A DNA stretch of 64,000 nucleotides, from NCBI RefSeq assembly GCF_006345805.1, contig NC_043010.1, positions 8,618,001 to 8,682,000 of the forward strand. The letters run 5' to 3'. The notes under the pieces are model-generated. The model saw nothing but the letters and a program-made list of their open reading frames with translations. It made no database searches and was not told the origin of the DNA. Of the stretch, positions 26,211 to 41,433 are shown in pieces. The position numbers were made by a program, and so were the translations under genes. Every line of letters begins with the position of its first letter. Position 1 is the stretch's first letter. The stretch comes from Octopus sinensis. Its lineage: Eukaryota.

Positions 26211-27749
26211 TTCCCTGGACTTGCTGGCTTTATGCCAAAATTTGAAACCATCATTAGGGATATTGTTCAGGCAGTGGTCTTGCAGAATCACTTGACAGAC
26301 AAAATTCTTCATGGTATTTCATTTGTCTTTATGTTCAGAGTTCAAATTCTGCCATGGTCAACTTTACCATTTATTCTTTCAGGGTCAATAAAGAGGTACC
26401 AGTTGAGTGCTGGGGGGTCGATGTAATTGATTATCCTCTCTGCCAAAATTTCAGGCCTTGTACCTACAGCAGAAAGGATTATTAGGGATATAGTTTCAAT
26501 TCCTGGTTGAAACTATTTCACTTAACTTTGCTATAATAACATTTGAGAATGCCATGAAGGCTGTCTGACTTTCCTATCTCTTCATTTTGCTCGTACAAAA
26601 CAAAACTCACTGAAATTTTTGACTATTCATTTAAACATTTTGTTTTATAACTCAGACAAAAGGGTAAGACAGCACAAACAACCCTTTGCAAAGTCTTCAA
26701 GACTAGCAGGAGTAAAGGAGGAAGGTATTTTTAAACAAGAAACAAGACCTAAATGCATATAACAGAGTACTTTGTTACAGGCACCTAAAGCTAGACTGAG
26801 TTAAACCTGGTGATCAATTATGTCTACCACCCAAGCAGTTCATGAACTCAAAATACATGTTCTTGAGTAAAACACTTCATTTCACTTCACTTCAGTCCAC
26901 TCAGCTGACAAAAATGGGTAATCTTGTGATTGGCCAGCATCCTGTCCAGGTGGGAAAGTGGGAAACCAGTCCTTATAGGTCAGCATGATTCAAGACGTTA
27001 ACTTTACCTTTATTTGTACCTGTCTCTCTATCATTCTTCAACCTTTCATCACCTGGCATAAAGCCACCGCCTCAGTTCAGGAGGTGCATACTGAATGTCA
27101 CTTGGAGATCTTGCAGATGCCTGTGCCATGGAAAAACACCCCTTCCCATCCCATACCAATTTTGGAGGTTCTGCAATGGTTGTGGTGGTGGTAGTTTGTC
27201 AGCATCTTATGACCATGCTTTAACAAAAAGATTTTTTTCTTTTTAATGTGTTTATTAGAATATTTTCTATTGATTTTATTTTGTTGCTTCATTCTTTGTG
27301 AGTTTACATTCTAAAAAAAAAAAAAAAATCAATAAAAACTTACTTACAGTAATTCAAAGAATCAATCACTTAATTCAAAGCTTCCTCTAAAATATTTAAT
27401 AAACTTCTCACCTTTACATTAATAAACTGAATAAGATATTGTCATAGATTCAATAAAGTGGTCAGCTGATATTTCATGCTTGGAGATACGATATTTTGAT
27501 CATAGCCAAAAGGTTAAGAAGCAATTTAAGTTTGAAAGATGAGAAGAAGCAAAATAGACAGAGGCATTTTGCCAAAAGAGTGATATAAGATATCGGCAAG
27601 TACTTATTGCCAATAAAGTCAGTAAATTAGCTAGACCCTTATTAATTTTACAGACACCATTATAAAATATAACAGAGCCTTTACATAGCTACTCAATCTA
27701 CTAGAAAGAACAGCCAAATTTCCCTTAGATCGTACTCTACTTCTTTAAA

Positions 27750-28498
27750 ACCCTTTAGCATTCAGATTGTTCTATCAAACGTAATATTTATTCATACATC
27801 GTCTTGAGTTTATTCTGCATTATCCTGTAGCCTTGAAATTTTGATTATGTGACTGTGTAATTTTTAGTCTGTGGAGGAACGTGGTTTAGTGGTTAGGGTG
27901 TCAGCATCATGATTGTAAGATTGTGGTTTCGATTCCTGGACCAGGCGACGCATTGTGTTCTCAAGCAAAACACTTCATTTCATGTTGTTCCAGTCCACTC
28001 AGCTGGCAAAAATGAGTAACGCTGCGATGGACTGGCGTCCTGTCCAGCTGGGGAACACATACACCATTGAAACCAGGTAACTGGGCCCATGAGCCTAACT
28101 AGGCTTTAAAAGGGCACATCTATTTATTTGTGGAGGCGCATGGCTTAGTGGTTAGGATGTCAGGACCATGATTTTAAGATTGTGGTTTCGATTCCTGGAC
28201 CGGGCAACGCATTGTGTTCTTGAACAAAACACTTCATTTCACATTGCTCCAGTCCACTCAGCTGGCAAAAAAAGTAATGCTGTGATGGACTGGCGTCCCG
28301 TCCAGTTGGGGAACACATACACCATAGAAACCGGGAAACCAGGCCCATGAGCCTGGGTAGGCTTTGGAAAGGTGCATTTATTTTATCTTATTATACTTTT
28401 TAGTCTAACATTGTAGATAGGTGTGAAATGCCTGCTTGCACTTAAAACAGGAAGAATATTTTGGCTGGATATGACCAGTTTAAAAGCTAAAAGGTTAA
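27750..28498 (-). mobile_element. piggyBac-type MITE family 1, interrupted by a SINE dimer
   Basis: ccctttagcattcaga left end and gctaaaaggttaa right end; internal sequence matches 30734-30952 in reverse. Confidence 0.75.
27871..28395 (+). mobile_element. Head-to-tail dimer of SINE-D with tail 3, one shared TSD
   Basis: Two diverged ~260-bp units with TTTTTAGTCT on both outer flanks. Confidence 0.85.
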
Positions 28499-28576
28499 AT
28501 GTTTTATAACTAAGTCAATGCTGGAGGATAGAGTGTAAGATACTCTGCTGCAGGTTTTACAAAATCAGGTATATCT

Positions 28577-28807
28577 AAAGCGGCGAGCTGGCAGAAACGT
28601 TAGCACGCCGGGCGAAATGCTTAGCGGTATTTCGTCTGCGTTACGTTGTAAGTTCAAATTCCGCCGAGGTCGACTTTGCCTTTCATCCTTTCGGGGTCGA
28701 TAAATTAAGTACCAGTTACGCACTGGGGTCGATGTAATCGACTTAATACCTATGTCTGTCCTTGTTTGTCCCCTCTGTGTTTAGCCCCTTGTGGGTAATA
28801 AAGAAAT
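28577..28807 (+). mobile_element. SINE-B, full length
   Basis: TSD AGGTATAT at 28567-28574 and 28808-28815. Confidence 0.95.
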
Positions 28808-30733
28808 AGGTATATTTTGGGGATAATCAGTAGCAATAGGAGAAAAAATTGCAGATGTGTTTAAGTTTGCTTTGTAACTACAAGGTTTCAGGTTCAGTCC
28901 CACCGAGCAGAACTTTGGGCAAGTGTCTTCATTGTAACTCCATTATGATCAATGACTGCCTTGCTAATGAATTTAGTTGATGGAAACTATGTGGTAACCC
29001 ATCAGGTGTGTGTGTGTGTTTCTCTCTCACACCCTGCACAGCTAGACATCAAGGGTTTATTTGTTTGACTAAACCTTTTTTAGGTGGTGCCCCCAGCATG
29101 ATCACAGTCCAGTGACTGAAACAAGTAAAAGATAAAAGAAAGATTTACAACATTAAGAACACTATTTAAAGTATCTTTGATTTTTAAGGACTGCTGTACC
29201 CAAGAGAAATCAAACACATACTTAGGTGTAGACTGAAATACTAAATATCGTGAACCATAAAGAATTTTTGTCAGCCTTAATTACTTTTGTAATGAGAAAA
29301 AGTCATCAACATTAATGACAATTCTTGTCAGAGAAGAAAGGGAGAGAACTGTAAATTTGATATTGATAAAAAAATTAAATGGAAAAATGTGAAATATCTT
29401 TTAATCACTGGTTGGTTATAATAACATTATCCTTAATTTTTCTCCTGATATAAAATTTTACCATGAAAACATAAATAAAAAATAAATAAAATATTCCTTA
29501 TAAAAATTTTAAAAATAAGAAAAAACATCTCATGGAAGAAATAATCAAAATATCATGCAAAGATAGCGAAAAGTTCCTGTGTTATATTTTCTTATAATTA
29601 CATAATTTATTTAAGACTTCACTTCAGTTAGATTATTCTATTAGATAATGGCTGTCTTGAGTAGAACAGTCTGATCTCAAGAGAATATTTTCCAAAAGAA
29701 AATGTTAAAAATATACCAGCCAACAAATGATTAGAAGTGCAACTGTTTTTTCTTTCTTTCTTTCTTTCTTTTTTTGTCAATTTGTTATTGAAAAACTAAA
29801 TAGAATGATTGCAATGAATTTTAGTTTAAGAAAATAGGAAAGGTTAATCTTCTATGTAAGATAAACTTTGTAAACAGAATCAGGATCGGAATTAGTAAGA
29901 CTTTGGTACGCCTTTAATGGGGTGATCAACAACAGAACGAAAACTTGTTTTTTGTTTAAAAAAAAAAAACTTTAAAAATTCTTAATAAGAAAAGAATTTG
30001 GGGGAGAAAGAGAGATTATAATGAAAAAAAACAGTAATGAGTTTCTCAAATGGAATTGGAAAATAAAGGGTAAAAATTCATGATGGATGACAAAAACAAA
30101 AGAAAATGAACTTTCCTGATATTATTTAAAACGGGAAAAGAGAAAAAAAAGTATGCTAAAGAAATATATGCAAGGTAATTTCAATTGAGAATGTCAATTG
30201 TATGAAGAAATGTAAGAAGAAAAAAAGGATAAAGTGAAATAGTGATGTATAATAGTAGAAGAAAAAAAGATTAATTTGGAAGAAGAAAAACTAAGTTGGT
30301 AAAAAACTATATGGCACGAGGTAAATAGAATAATGAAGAACTTAGATACATACTGGTACTGGTTGAAAAACTAATCACCACGGAATATTTATTTCGATTA
30401 GGTAGCATAGAGAAGAATTTGTTTTGATTTAGGTATAAGAAATAGTAAACATGAAGGCTGGTTCATTCATTTTATGCAATGGAATAGAAGGTCATGAAGA
30501 ACAGTTTTATTTTGTTACAAACTACTAATTAATAAATAAAAGTAATATATTTTCCTTACATATTTTATTATTCAATGATATTATTCTAAATGGCTGAAAC
30601 CAAAATAAAGAAAAATGCTGAAATAGACATACTCTGAAAAATATACAAATTGTAAGCTGTTGGTAGAAAAAGTTCAACTTGATAAATCTTAATACCCTCT
30701 TCTCTTAATTCTACAATTACTATTCTTACTTAA

Positions 30734-30952
30734 CCCTTTAGTATTTAAACCGGCCATATCCGGCCAAAATAGCTAATCGATTTTATGTTTAAACTGACCA
30801 GATCCAGGCTATCACACCTACCCTACAATGTTATTCTACATTAAGTAATTACACCATCAAGATCTTGAAGATTTGAGATAATGCATGATTAATTCAAATC
30901 AATGGGAATCAATAGGCATTATGTTTGATTGAATAATCTGAACAATAAAGGG
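30734..30952 (+). mobile_element. piggyBac-type MITE family 1
   Basis: TTAA|CCCTTTAG...TAAAGGG|TTAA; the TTAA TSD and CCC...GGG ends are the piggyBac hallmark. Confidence 0.85.
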
Positions 30953-31031
30953 TTAAACTCTTTCAACACTCTCTTCAATTTTCTACTTGTCATCTGACAG
31001 TAAAAACTTCATCCAGCCCTTAAAAATATAT

Positions 31032-31916
31032 ATGGAAGCTGGTTGGAGGCACAGATCCTGTCCTTGGATGTTATCCTTAATCTATTGCCTAGCTTAACAT
31101 TATCTACTGAACTCTGGCTAGCTTAAAATGTTCTCTCTGTTGCAAGCATCAGGTCACTAGGCTGAAGATAACTTTCTCTTGCCTTCAATCCAGGGCTATC
31201 ATAAGGTACCTATGGGTCTGGGTGTTTCACTTAAAAAAAACTCATGCCCTATGCACCAGCATAACTAAGTTTCATCATCATATCACCCTTATTACTAAGA
31301 CAAATAGATGTCACAAGATTAAGAAAACCCTTATTTTTCGGACGAGAAGAATTCTCAAAAGCTATATGTGCTGCTTTTCATTTTCAGCTTTATATAAAGG
31401 AAAACAAGATTGTTTAGGGCTGACAGCTCACATTACATACTCATATCATTCTTCTATATGTTTGGTAATGAATTTCATATCGTAAAGGTAGATTTCGTTC
31501 AGGATTTCTTGAAAGTCATGAAATAACTAGTCAATTGGTAAATTAAACAGAAGATTGGTGATGTAATAAAATATCAAAATACCTAGCTAAATGCATTATA
31601 AAAGAAGTGGAGACAGATATAGCTCTATGGTTTAGAAATTTGCTTTGCAATTGTGTAATTTTAAATTAGCTTCCAAGGCAGGGTGTCTTGAGCAAATGTC
31701 TTTTATAATGACCTGTGAAAAACCAGACCCATGGCATTGAAATTTGGTAGATGGAAACTGCATGGAAGCTGGTTGGAGGCACAGAGCCTGTTCTTGGATG
31801 TTATTCTTAATCTATTGCCAAGCTTAACATTATCTACTGAACCCTGGCTAGCTTAAAACGTTCTCTCTGTTGCAAGCATCAGGTCACCAGGCTGAAGATA
31901 ACTTCTTCTTGCCTTC
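31032..31916 (+). repeat. 155-bp dispersed direct duplication (31032-31186 and 31762-31916)
   Basis: About 9 differences in 155 nt by manual alignment; copies 730 bp apart. Confidence 0.95.
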
Positions 31917-33254
31917 GAATAGTCTTAGGAACTCCGAAGAAAAAGAATCATGAATGCTGCCTTTCTTCCTCTGACATAACCATTTAAAAAAAAACAGAAA
32001 GTAACCTTTACAAATCAGTACAATATGCTAATGAGGGAGTGTATAAAATTGCACAACCTGAAAGAAATAACATCCAAATAGTCCTAGATGCACTATGTCT
32101 TAAAACAAAAGCTCAAATGATCATGGCTGGAATGCTTCTGATCATATATCAGCTCAATAGGAGCTGACCAAAAGGTAAACTACAACAGTAATAGCTATAA
32201 CAACAACACTTTCCAAGTGAAGAAAATGAAACTAAAATACCTATAGAGTTTTTGTTGAAAATTTTTAATCAAAACTCAGCATTCCACAGTAGAAAATATT
32301 AAGCAGATATCTCAAATTCTTGAAGTTGGGTCTTTTGAGAGCTGTTACCTTGCCTTGATTTCATAGAATAGAAAAGAGAAGATGGGAAATAAATTCCCTC
32401 TTGAATAAGAGACCAGTTCATGGCAAAGAATTCTCATTAGTGCTAATGAATTTTATTCTCAGCAGAACGAATTCTTTTTGGTTCACTACATTAGATCTGT
32501 CAGCCTGTACTTAACTATATGTTCTTCAGCTAGAAGTCATCCCTGAGAAATGTTGAAATTAGCCAACATTACATGCATCATTTCCAGATGATTTAGTTTT
32601 GATAGCTCACAGCTCAGTGAATGGGCATAATTTAGAGTAAAATGTACTGTACTTGCTTGATACATTTTTTTTTTTTCCTACAGAAGAAAAATTTTTTTCC
32701 CACCCTTGATTTATGAACAGACATACTTCTTATATTCATACCCCTTTATCCATTTGGTCATTTCACCTCAACAAAGAAATTCTTCATTTATGAAAAATAA
32801 CAAAAATAAAAAAAAATAAATAGAAAAAAGAAAAAAAAGAAAAGAGAAAGGAAGGAAATTAAGCCTGTAGCGTAATATTTGAGAACATAACATATCAAAC
32901 AACATATTCTTATAATGAATTCTCTTTGAAGGCCAAGTTATAACCTCTTCGAGATGTTATGGTATAGTAAAAAGGATAGATTGATTATATGAGTAAAGTT
33001 ATTTAAGATAACTAGTTTACTTAATTGTATATCATAATGGGTAATAAGTTGGCTATGACATAAGCAGAGTGAGTCACTGGTTGATTCTAGTTGATTCGTT
33101 AATATATTTAGTAGTAAGTAATAAGTCAGCTCAGCTCTATAGCAAGCTAGGAGAGTAATGACTTACACGAAATAGTTCCTATATTGGTTAGGAAGCAGAA
33201 TGTCTAATAGTTTGACAAGAGCAATAGATGCTAAAGCTGCTTTGAATACACTTT

Positions 33255-34530
33255 TACTCTTTTACTCTTTTTATTTGTTTCAGTCATTTGACTGCGGCCA
33301 TGCTGGAACACCGCCTTTAGTCGAGCAAATGGACCCCGGGACTTATTCTTTTGTAAGCCCAGTACTTATTCTATCGGTCTCTTTTCCCGAACCGCTAAGT
33401 GACGGGGACGTAAACACACCAGCATCGGTTGTCAAGCAATGCTTGGGGGACAAACACACACACACAAACACACACATGCATATATACATATATACGACGG
33501 GCTTCTTTCAGTTTCCGTCTACCAAATCCACTCACAAGGCATTGGTCGGCCCGGGGCTATAGCAGAAGACACTTGCCCAAGATGTCACGCAGTGGGACTG
33601 AACCCGGAACCATGTGGTTGGTTAGCAAGCTACTTACCACACAGCCACTCCGACACCTATAATATATATGACAGGCTTCTTTCAGTTTCCGTCTACCAAA
33701 TCCACTCACAAGGCATTGGTCGGCCCGGGGCTATAGCAGAAGACACTTGCCCAAGATGCCACGCAGTGGGACTGAACCCGGAACCATGTGGTTGGTTAGC
33801 AAGCTACTTACCACACAGCCACTCCGACACCTATAATATATATGACAGGCTTCTTTCAGTTTCCGTCTACCAAATCCACTCACAAGGCATTGGTCGGCCC
33901 GGGGCTATAGCAGAAGACACTTGCCCAAGATGCCACGCAGTGGGACTGAACCCGGAACCATGTGGTTGGTTAGCAAGCTACTTACCACACAGCCACTCCG
34001 ACACCTATAATATATATGACAGGCTTCTTTCAGTTTCCGTCTACCAAATCCACTCACAAGGCATTGGTCGGCCCAGGGCTATAGCAGAAGACACTTGCCC
34101 AAGATGCCACGCAGTGGGACTGAACCCGGAACCATGTGGCTGGTTAGCAAGCTACTTACCACACAGCCACTCCGACACCTATAATATATATGACAGGCTT
34201 CTTTCAGTTTCCGTCTACCAAATCCACTCACAAGGCATTGGTCGGCCCGGGGCTATAGCAGAAGACACTTGCCCAAGATGCCACGCAGTGGACTGAACCC
34301 GGAACCATGTGGTTGGTTAGCAAGCTACTTACCACACAGCCACTCCGACACCTATAATATATATGACAGGCTTCTTTCAGTTTCCGTCTACCAAATCCAC
34401 TCACAAGGCATTGGTCGGCCCGGGGCTATAGCAGAAGACACTTGCCCAAGATGCCACGCAGTGGGACTGAACCCGGAACCATGTGGTTGGTTAGCAAACT
34501 ACTTACCACACAGCCACTCCTGCGCCTATA
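33255..34530 (-). mobile_element. SINE-A with six tandem 174-bp copies of its 5' head region
   Basis: Units start at 33497, 33671, 33845, 34019, 34193 and 34366; a single body and tail at 33255-33496. Confidence 0.95.
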
Positions 34531-34765
34531 GGCTACATAATTTATGCATCATTCAGAATATAAGACAGACATTAAAACCAAGTAATTTTTATTTGGATTC
34601 ATTCATATCCTGTTAAGCAATCAAGTATTGTTTAGTTTAGAGTTATTTCTCTCGCTTTCTTCGTTTTCTTTTTTGTTTTTTTTTTATTTGCTTGAGTCTG
34701 GAGGAAAGGGTAGCAACCTCCAAGACTGGTGAACTAGATCTTGATGTTGTCAGTATTTTGTTTAA

Positions 34766-34986
34766 CCCTTTAGTGTTTAAACCGGCTGTATCTGGCCCGA
34801 ATATTCTACTCATTTTATGCTCAAAACTGGCCAGAACCAGTATCTCACACCTATCCTACAATGTCATTCTAAAAATAAACAATTACATCTTTCAAATCTT
34901 GAAGCTACAAGATAATACCAGATTAATTTTTTTAAATGTAAATAAATAAGGATTACTTATGACATATTAATTTGAACGCTAAAGGG
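34766..34986 (+). mobile_element. piggyBac-type MITE family 1
   Basis: TTAA|CCCTTTAG...CTAAAGGG|TTAA. Confidence 0.87.
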
Positions 34987-35759
34987 TTAAAGACTATTGC
35001 ATGTCAACACCTGCAGGAAAGGTATGAGCCGATAGCAGATTCAAGAGGATCGATGTTCCAAGGAGAGGTGAGTGAATGTAGAAACTAGTGCGGGGTCTGG
35101 GTGGACTTGTACACAACAAGAGCAACATGACAAAAAGTGGAGAAATGGAGGAAAAATGCAGGGCTTATAACCCTGTCATAGGTTCTCTGAGATTGGAGGA
35201 AAGAAAAGAGAAATTTATTCTCAAACTAGAAACCAGGTCTGATTGCTTTCAGCAGAGCAGATTTGGCTAAAGGCACCTAGGAGGGAGAGAGTGGGATCAA
35301 ACCAGATAACAGAATAAGTTCACAACCCAAGTATAAGAATGGCTCCACGTCCAGGAATGTTCACAGTTTCTGGCTTTGAAATTGTGCTCACAAGTCTTTA
35401 ATTGGATGCAAGCTGTGACAGAATATAATTGCTCAAAGTGCCGCACAGTGGAAGTGAACTTGAATGCACTTCAATGCCTGCATCCACAGTTAGATGAGTG
35501 TTTTAAATAAAATGTAAGGGTATATATAAATTAATGATAAGTAAATAATGGATTATAAGAAGGTGCTTTGTGTGTTCAGTAAAATGTAGAGTGTATAAAG
35601 ATTAACATCATCATCATTATCATCATCATTTAACGTCCGCTTTCCATGCTAGCATGGGTTGGACGATTTGACTGGGGACTGGTGAACCAGATGGCTGCAC
35701 CAGGCTCAGAAATAAAAAATTTGATTCTAAAGAAATAAATGAGAAGAGGAAATGAAATA

Positions 35760-35965
35760 CAGGGATTGTATAATTAATGGGAAACAGAAATAAAGTTTTA
35801 AGGGAGTGGAAATAAATTTAGAGTATGTGGAATTAGTAGAAAGTAAAAGTAAAATTTTAGGGTATGTGATATTAATTAGAAGTGGAAAAATGTCTGGAAT
35901 TGATTGGAAGCGGAAGTAATATTTAAGGGTATGTGAAATTAATAGGAAGTAAAAATAAGATATAA
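35760..35965. repeat. Degenerate ~39-bp minisatellite
   Basis: Recurring gggtatgtgaaattaataggaagtaaaa-like units. Confidence 0.55.
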
Positions 35966-35968
35966 AGT

Positions 35969-36362
35969 ATACTCTTTTACTCTTTTACTTGTTTCAGCCA
36001 TTTAACTGTGGCCATGCTGGAGCACCGCCTTTAGTCGACCAAATCGACCCCAGGACTTATTCTTTGTAAGCCTAGTACTTATTCTATCGGTCTATTTTGC
36101 CGAACTGCTAAGTGACGGGGACGTAAATACACCAGCATCAGTTGTCAAGCGATGTTGTGGGGACAAACACAGACATACAAACATGCACACACTCATATAT
36201 ACATATACATATATACGACGGGCTTCTTTCAGTTTCTGTCTACCAGATTTACTCACAAGGCTTTGGTTGGCCCGAGGCTGTAGTAGAAGACACTTGCCCA
36301 AGGTGCCACACAGTGGGACTGAACCCGGAACCATGTGGTTGGTAAGCTAGCTACTTACCATG
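35969..36362 (-). mobile_element. SINE-A
   Basis: Family tail, body and head. Confidence 0.92.
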
Positions 36363-36957
36363 TGCATTTAAATAAAAAGTGAAAATATTCTGTTATTGTG
36401 AAATAATAAGATAGAAATATATCAAACATGATTTTTGTAAGAGGAATGTTGTGATAGAAAAAGTTTAAACTGAGCAATGAGGATTTTGTTGCTGTTATTG
36501 AATAACACTAGTCAGTGCTCTTTGAACAAAATAAAAATGGTATTTTGACTGAGGTATTCACAGAAATATACTCATGCTAAAAGCCAACAACACAGCCTTT
36601 GCATGGTTGCTTGACTTGCGGAAGAATTACTGCTAAGTTTTCCTCAATGTAAACATTTCTTCTTAAAGAGAAAGGATACATTTGGTATGTAGTTTTAGAT
36701 GCACTTTTCCTTTCATCTTTTGTTTGTTTCCATCAATGGACTGCAGCCATGCTTGGGCACTACATTGAAGAGTATAGTTGGACAAATCGGTCACAGTACT
36801 TTTTTTGAAGTCTGTAACTATTGAAGTAAGTACTGTTTTTTTGAAGTCTGGCACTTATTCTATCGATCTTTTTTCTGAACTGTTAAGTTACAAAGACATA
36901 TAAAAAGAACCTACACTGATTATCAAACAGCAGATGGGAAACAAACACAAATTAACA

Positions 36958-37016
<59 letters not shown>

Positions 37017-37191
37017 ACACATGTATGTGACAGGCTTCCACAAAGTTTATGTCTATCGAATTCCCTTACAAAGCATTGGTTGGCCTAAGTCCATAGTAGA
37101 AGACACTTGCCCAAGGTGTTATAAATTAGGACTGAATACAAAACCACAAGGTAGAAAAATCACTTGCTCAATCAAACAGCTACATCCGCTT

Positions 37192-37284
37192 CTATACACA
37201 GTCATGCTTGCACTAATACACAACAATTCCATTGCCTATACACAGTCATGCTTGCACTAATACACAACAATTCCATTGCCTATA
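37192..37284. repeat. Perfect 44-bp tandem duplication
   Basis: ctatacacagtcatgcttgcactaatacacaacaattccattgc twice. Confidence 0.95.
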
Positions 37285-38014
37285 TCCATTGCAAAATAGC
37301 CTCGCTAACCAAAGCTTTGGCTACTTTTGAGCAAGCATCAACTTTGTTAGGGCAAGTTTTAGAATAAACAACAATGATGATGATGATGATGATGATGACA
37401 TGCTGGTCTACAACACCAAGATGTATAGTGCGATAGTCTCAAGTTAATTTCATTCATTTGATCAGAATTCTGGTTGTTGTTGGAATGCATTTAAAACATT
37501 ACATTTCAAAGATGCTTGGAAGTTTATTGATGGAAGTTTATCAAATATATCAAGCAGAATGAGTCAACACATAAACCCTCCTTTAATAGTTAAAGGATTT
37601 TATTGTCTTATATGTTGGATCCTTTAATCTTGCACTCATCGGCTTAAAATGAGAAAGGTTATCCAGGTATTAAGTATAGCAACTTTCTAGTGCTTTGAGA
37701 TGGCATTTGGTACTGGGGATTATTATGGTGTTGCAATGCAACAGAGGAATTCTACAAAAAGATTCAAATGTTTGACATCAAGAATTTAGTAGTGATATAA
37801 GCATGTTCAAAGAGGTGAATTTCGAACTGTTTATGTTAAACTTGGAATACTGAAATTATGATGATGACAAAATCCTCACTAAGTGTAAACATAACTATAT
37901 CAGCACAACACAAAGTACAGTAAATACGTTGAGAGTTCATCCTTACATCTCATTGCTATCCTCTTTATTTTCTCCCTAGCTGCTCCCACCACTCTTATAT
38001 AATTTTGAGTAACC

Positions 38015-38247
38015 TATTTTTTTACTACCCACAAGGGGCTAAACACAGAGGGGACAAACAAGGACTGACATAGGTATTAAGTCGATTACATCGACCCCAG
38101 TGTTGAACTGGTACTTAATTTATCGACCCCGAAAGGATGAAAGGCAAAGTCAACCTTGGCGGAATTTGAACTCAGAACGTAACGGCAGGCAAAATACGGC
38201 TACGCATTTCGCCCGGCGTGCTAACGTTTCTGCCAGCTCGCTGCCTT
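38015..38247 (-). mobile_element. SINE-B with a 12-bp TSD
   Basis: TTTTGAGTAACC at 38003-38014 and 38248-38259 (GGTTACTCAAAA in element orientation). Confidence 0.93.
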
Positions 38248-38907
38248 TTTTGAGTAACCAGGTATCTCTTCTATGGTGAAGACGTCTGTGCTTGTCTCTC
38301 TATCAATACTTTAGTCTCTTAACATCTGGCATAATACCACCTTCCCCATCAAATACTACCCCCTTCTTAGTCAAGGGGATTTTATTCCTGTTCCTTTTTT
38401 TGTGCCTTGCAAGTTATTTAATGACTTTGCTAGTGGCAAAAAAAAGTAAATCTCCTAGTACACACTGTAAAGTGGTTGGCATTAGGAAGAGCATCAATTC
38501 ACAGAAACCATGCCAAAGCTGACACTGGAACTTGGCATAGCCCTATAGCTTGTCAAATCTTAGCGTCAGCCTTGGCATGGTTTCAATGTCTTGATGTTCT
38601 TCCTAATGCCAACGACTTTACAATTTGTAGTGGGATCTTACCTTGCCACCATGAAAAACAGATGATGATGATGATGATGATGAGTGGTTTCCTTCATATT
38701 CAATCTTCCATAAAAACATGTCTGGCCATGGTGAAACATTACCTTACTTAGAAACAGGTGAGGATTGGTGACAGTAAGGGCATCTAGGCTTAAGAAATTC
38801 GCCTCAAGCATGGAAAAATGAATGTTAAAAAGGAATATGATGACGATGATGATGATGATGATGGTGATGATGAGGATGATGATGATGGTGGTGGTGGTGA
38901 TGATGAC

Positions 38908-38938
<31 letters not shown>

Positions 38939-39377
38939 TTGTTGTTCTACTTATTGAAGTTAGCACACCATACAAAAACTTCTTAAATTGTATATTTGAT
39001 ACAGTTATAATGTCCTAATATTGGAGAAATGAGAAAATGGTTATTGAAAATTTACCACTGAGAAAAAGTAAAAAATAGAATTAGGAAAAATAAAATGAGA
39101 AAATAAACTTATCTGGATTTGAACCCATGCAGTTATCTAAAATGCTTAAATATAATTTGGGTGATGGAAAATTCTGAAATGACAAATATTTGATTAAATA
39201 CTTTTATACATACATACATACATACATACATACATACATACATACATACATACGTACGTACATACATACATATATACATACATATAGATATATACATACA
39301 CACACACACACATATATATATGTATGTGTATATATGTATGTATAAATATATATATGTATATATATATATATACATAT

Positions 39378-39849
39378 GTAAAAAGCACTATCCGACTCAT
39401 GGCCGTGGCACGTAAAATACTCCAATGCGACCGTACGACAGGCACCCATGCCAACCCCCTTTGCTTGTGAAGACATGTTGGGGCAAGCGAAATCGAAATC
39501 GAATTGAACCAGCCAGGATCCCTGGTCTGGTGGTACGTAAAAAGCACTATCCGACTCGTGGCCGATGCCAGCACCGCCTCGACTGGCTTCCGTACCGGTG
39601 GCACATAAAATACACCAATCTGACCGTGGCCGTTGCCAGCCCCGCCTGGCACGTGTGCAGGTGGCACGTAAAAAGCACCCACTACACTCACGGAGTGGTT
39701 GGCGTTAGGAAGGGCATCCAGCTGTAGAAACATTGCCAGATTAGACTGGAGCCTGGTGCAGCCTTCTGGCTTCCCAGAACCCCGGTCAAACCGTCCAACC
39801 CATGCTAGCATGGAGAACGGACGTTAAACGACGATGATGATGATGATGA

Positions 39850-39850
<1 letters not shown>
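39378..39850 (+). mobile_element. Modular non-autonomous retroelement with an RTE-like tail
   Basis: Five variants of GGCACGTAAAA(A/T)(GC)AC followed by ggttggcgttaggaagggcatcc...acggacgttaaacg(atg)n. Confidence 0.8.

Positions 39851-41433
<1,583 letters not shown>

Noticed and set aside
33439-34296. 285-aa ORF with 58-aa repeats
   Set aside because: It is the antisense translation of the 174-bp SINE-A head array; the same peptide appears at every SINE-A copy.
33497-34530. CRISPR-like appearance of the tandem arrays (also 57176-57961)
   Set aside because: Units are identical end to end with no unique spacers, there are no cas genes, and the context is eukaryotic SINE sequence.
34715-34730. 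16-mer AACCTCCAAGACTGGT shared with 44573-44588 (minus strand)
   Set aside because: Similarity does not extend into the flanks; could be chance or an unrecognised old repeat, and it slightly weakens the micro-exon candidate.
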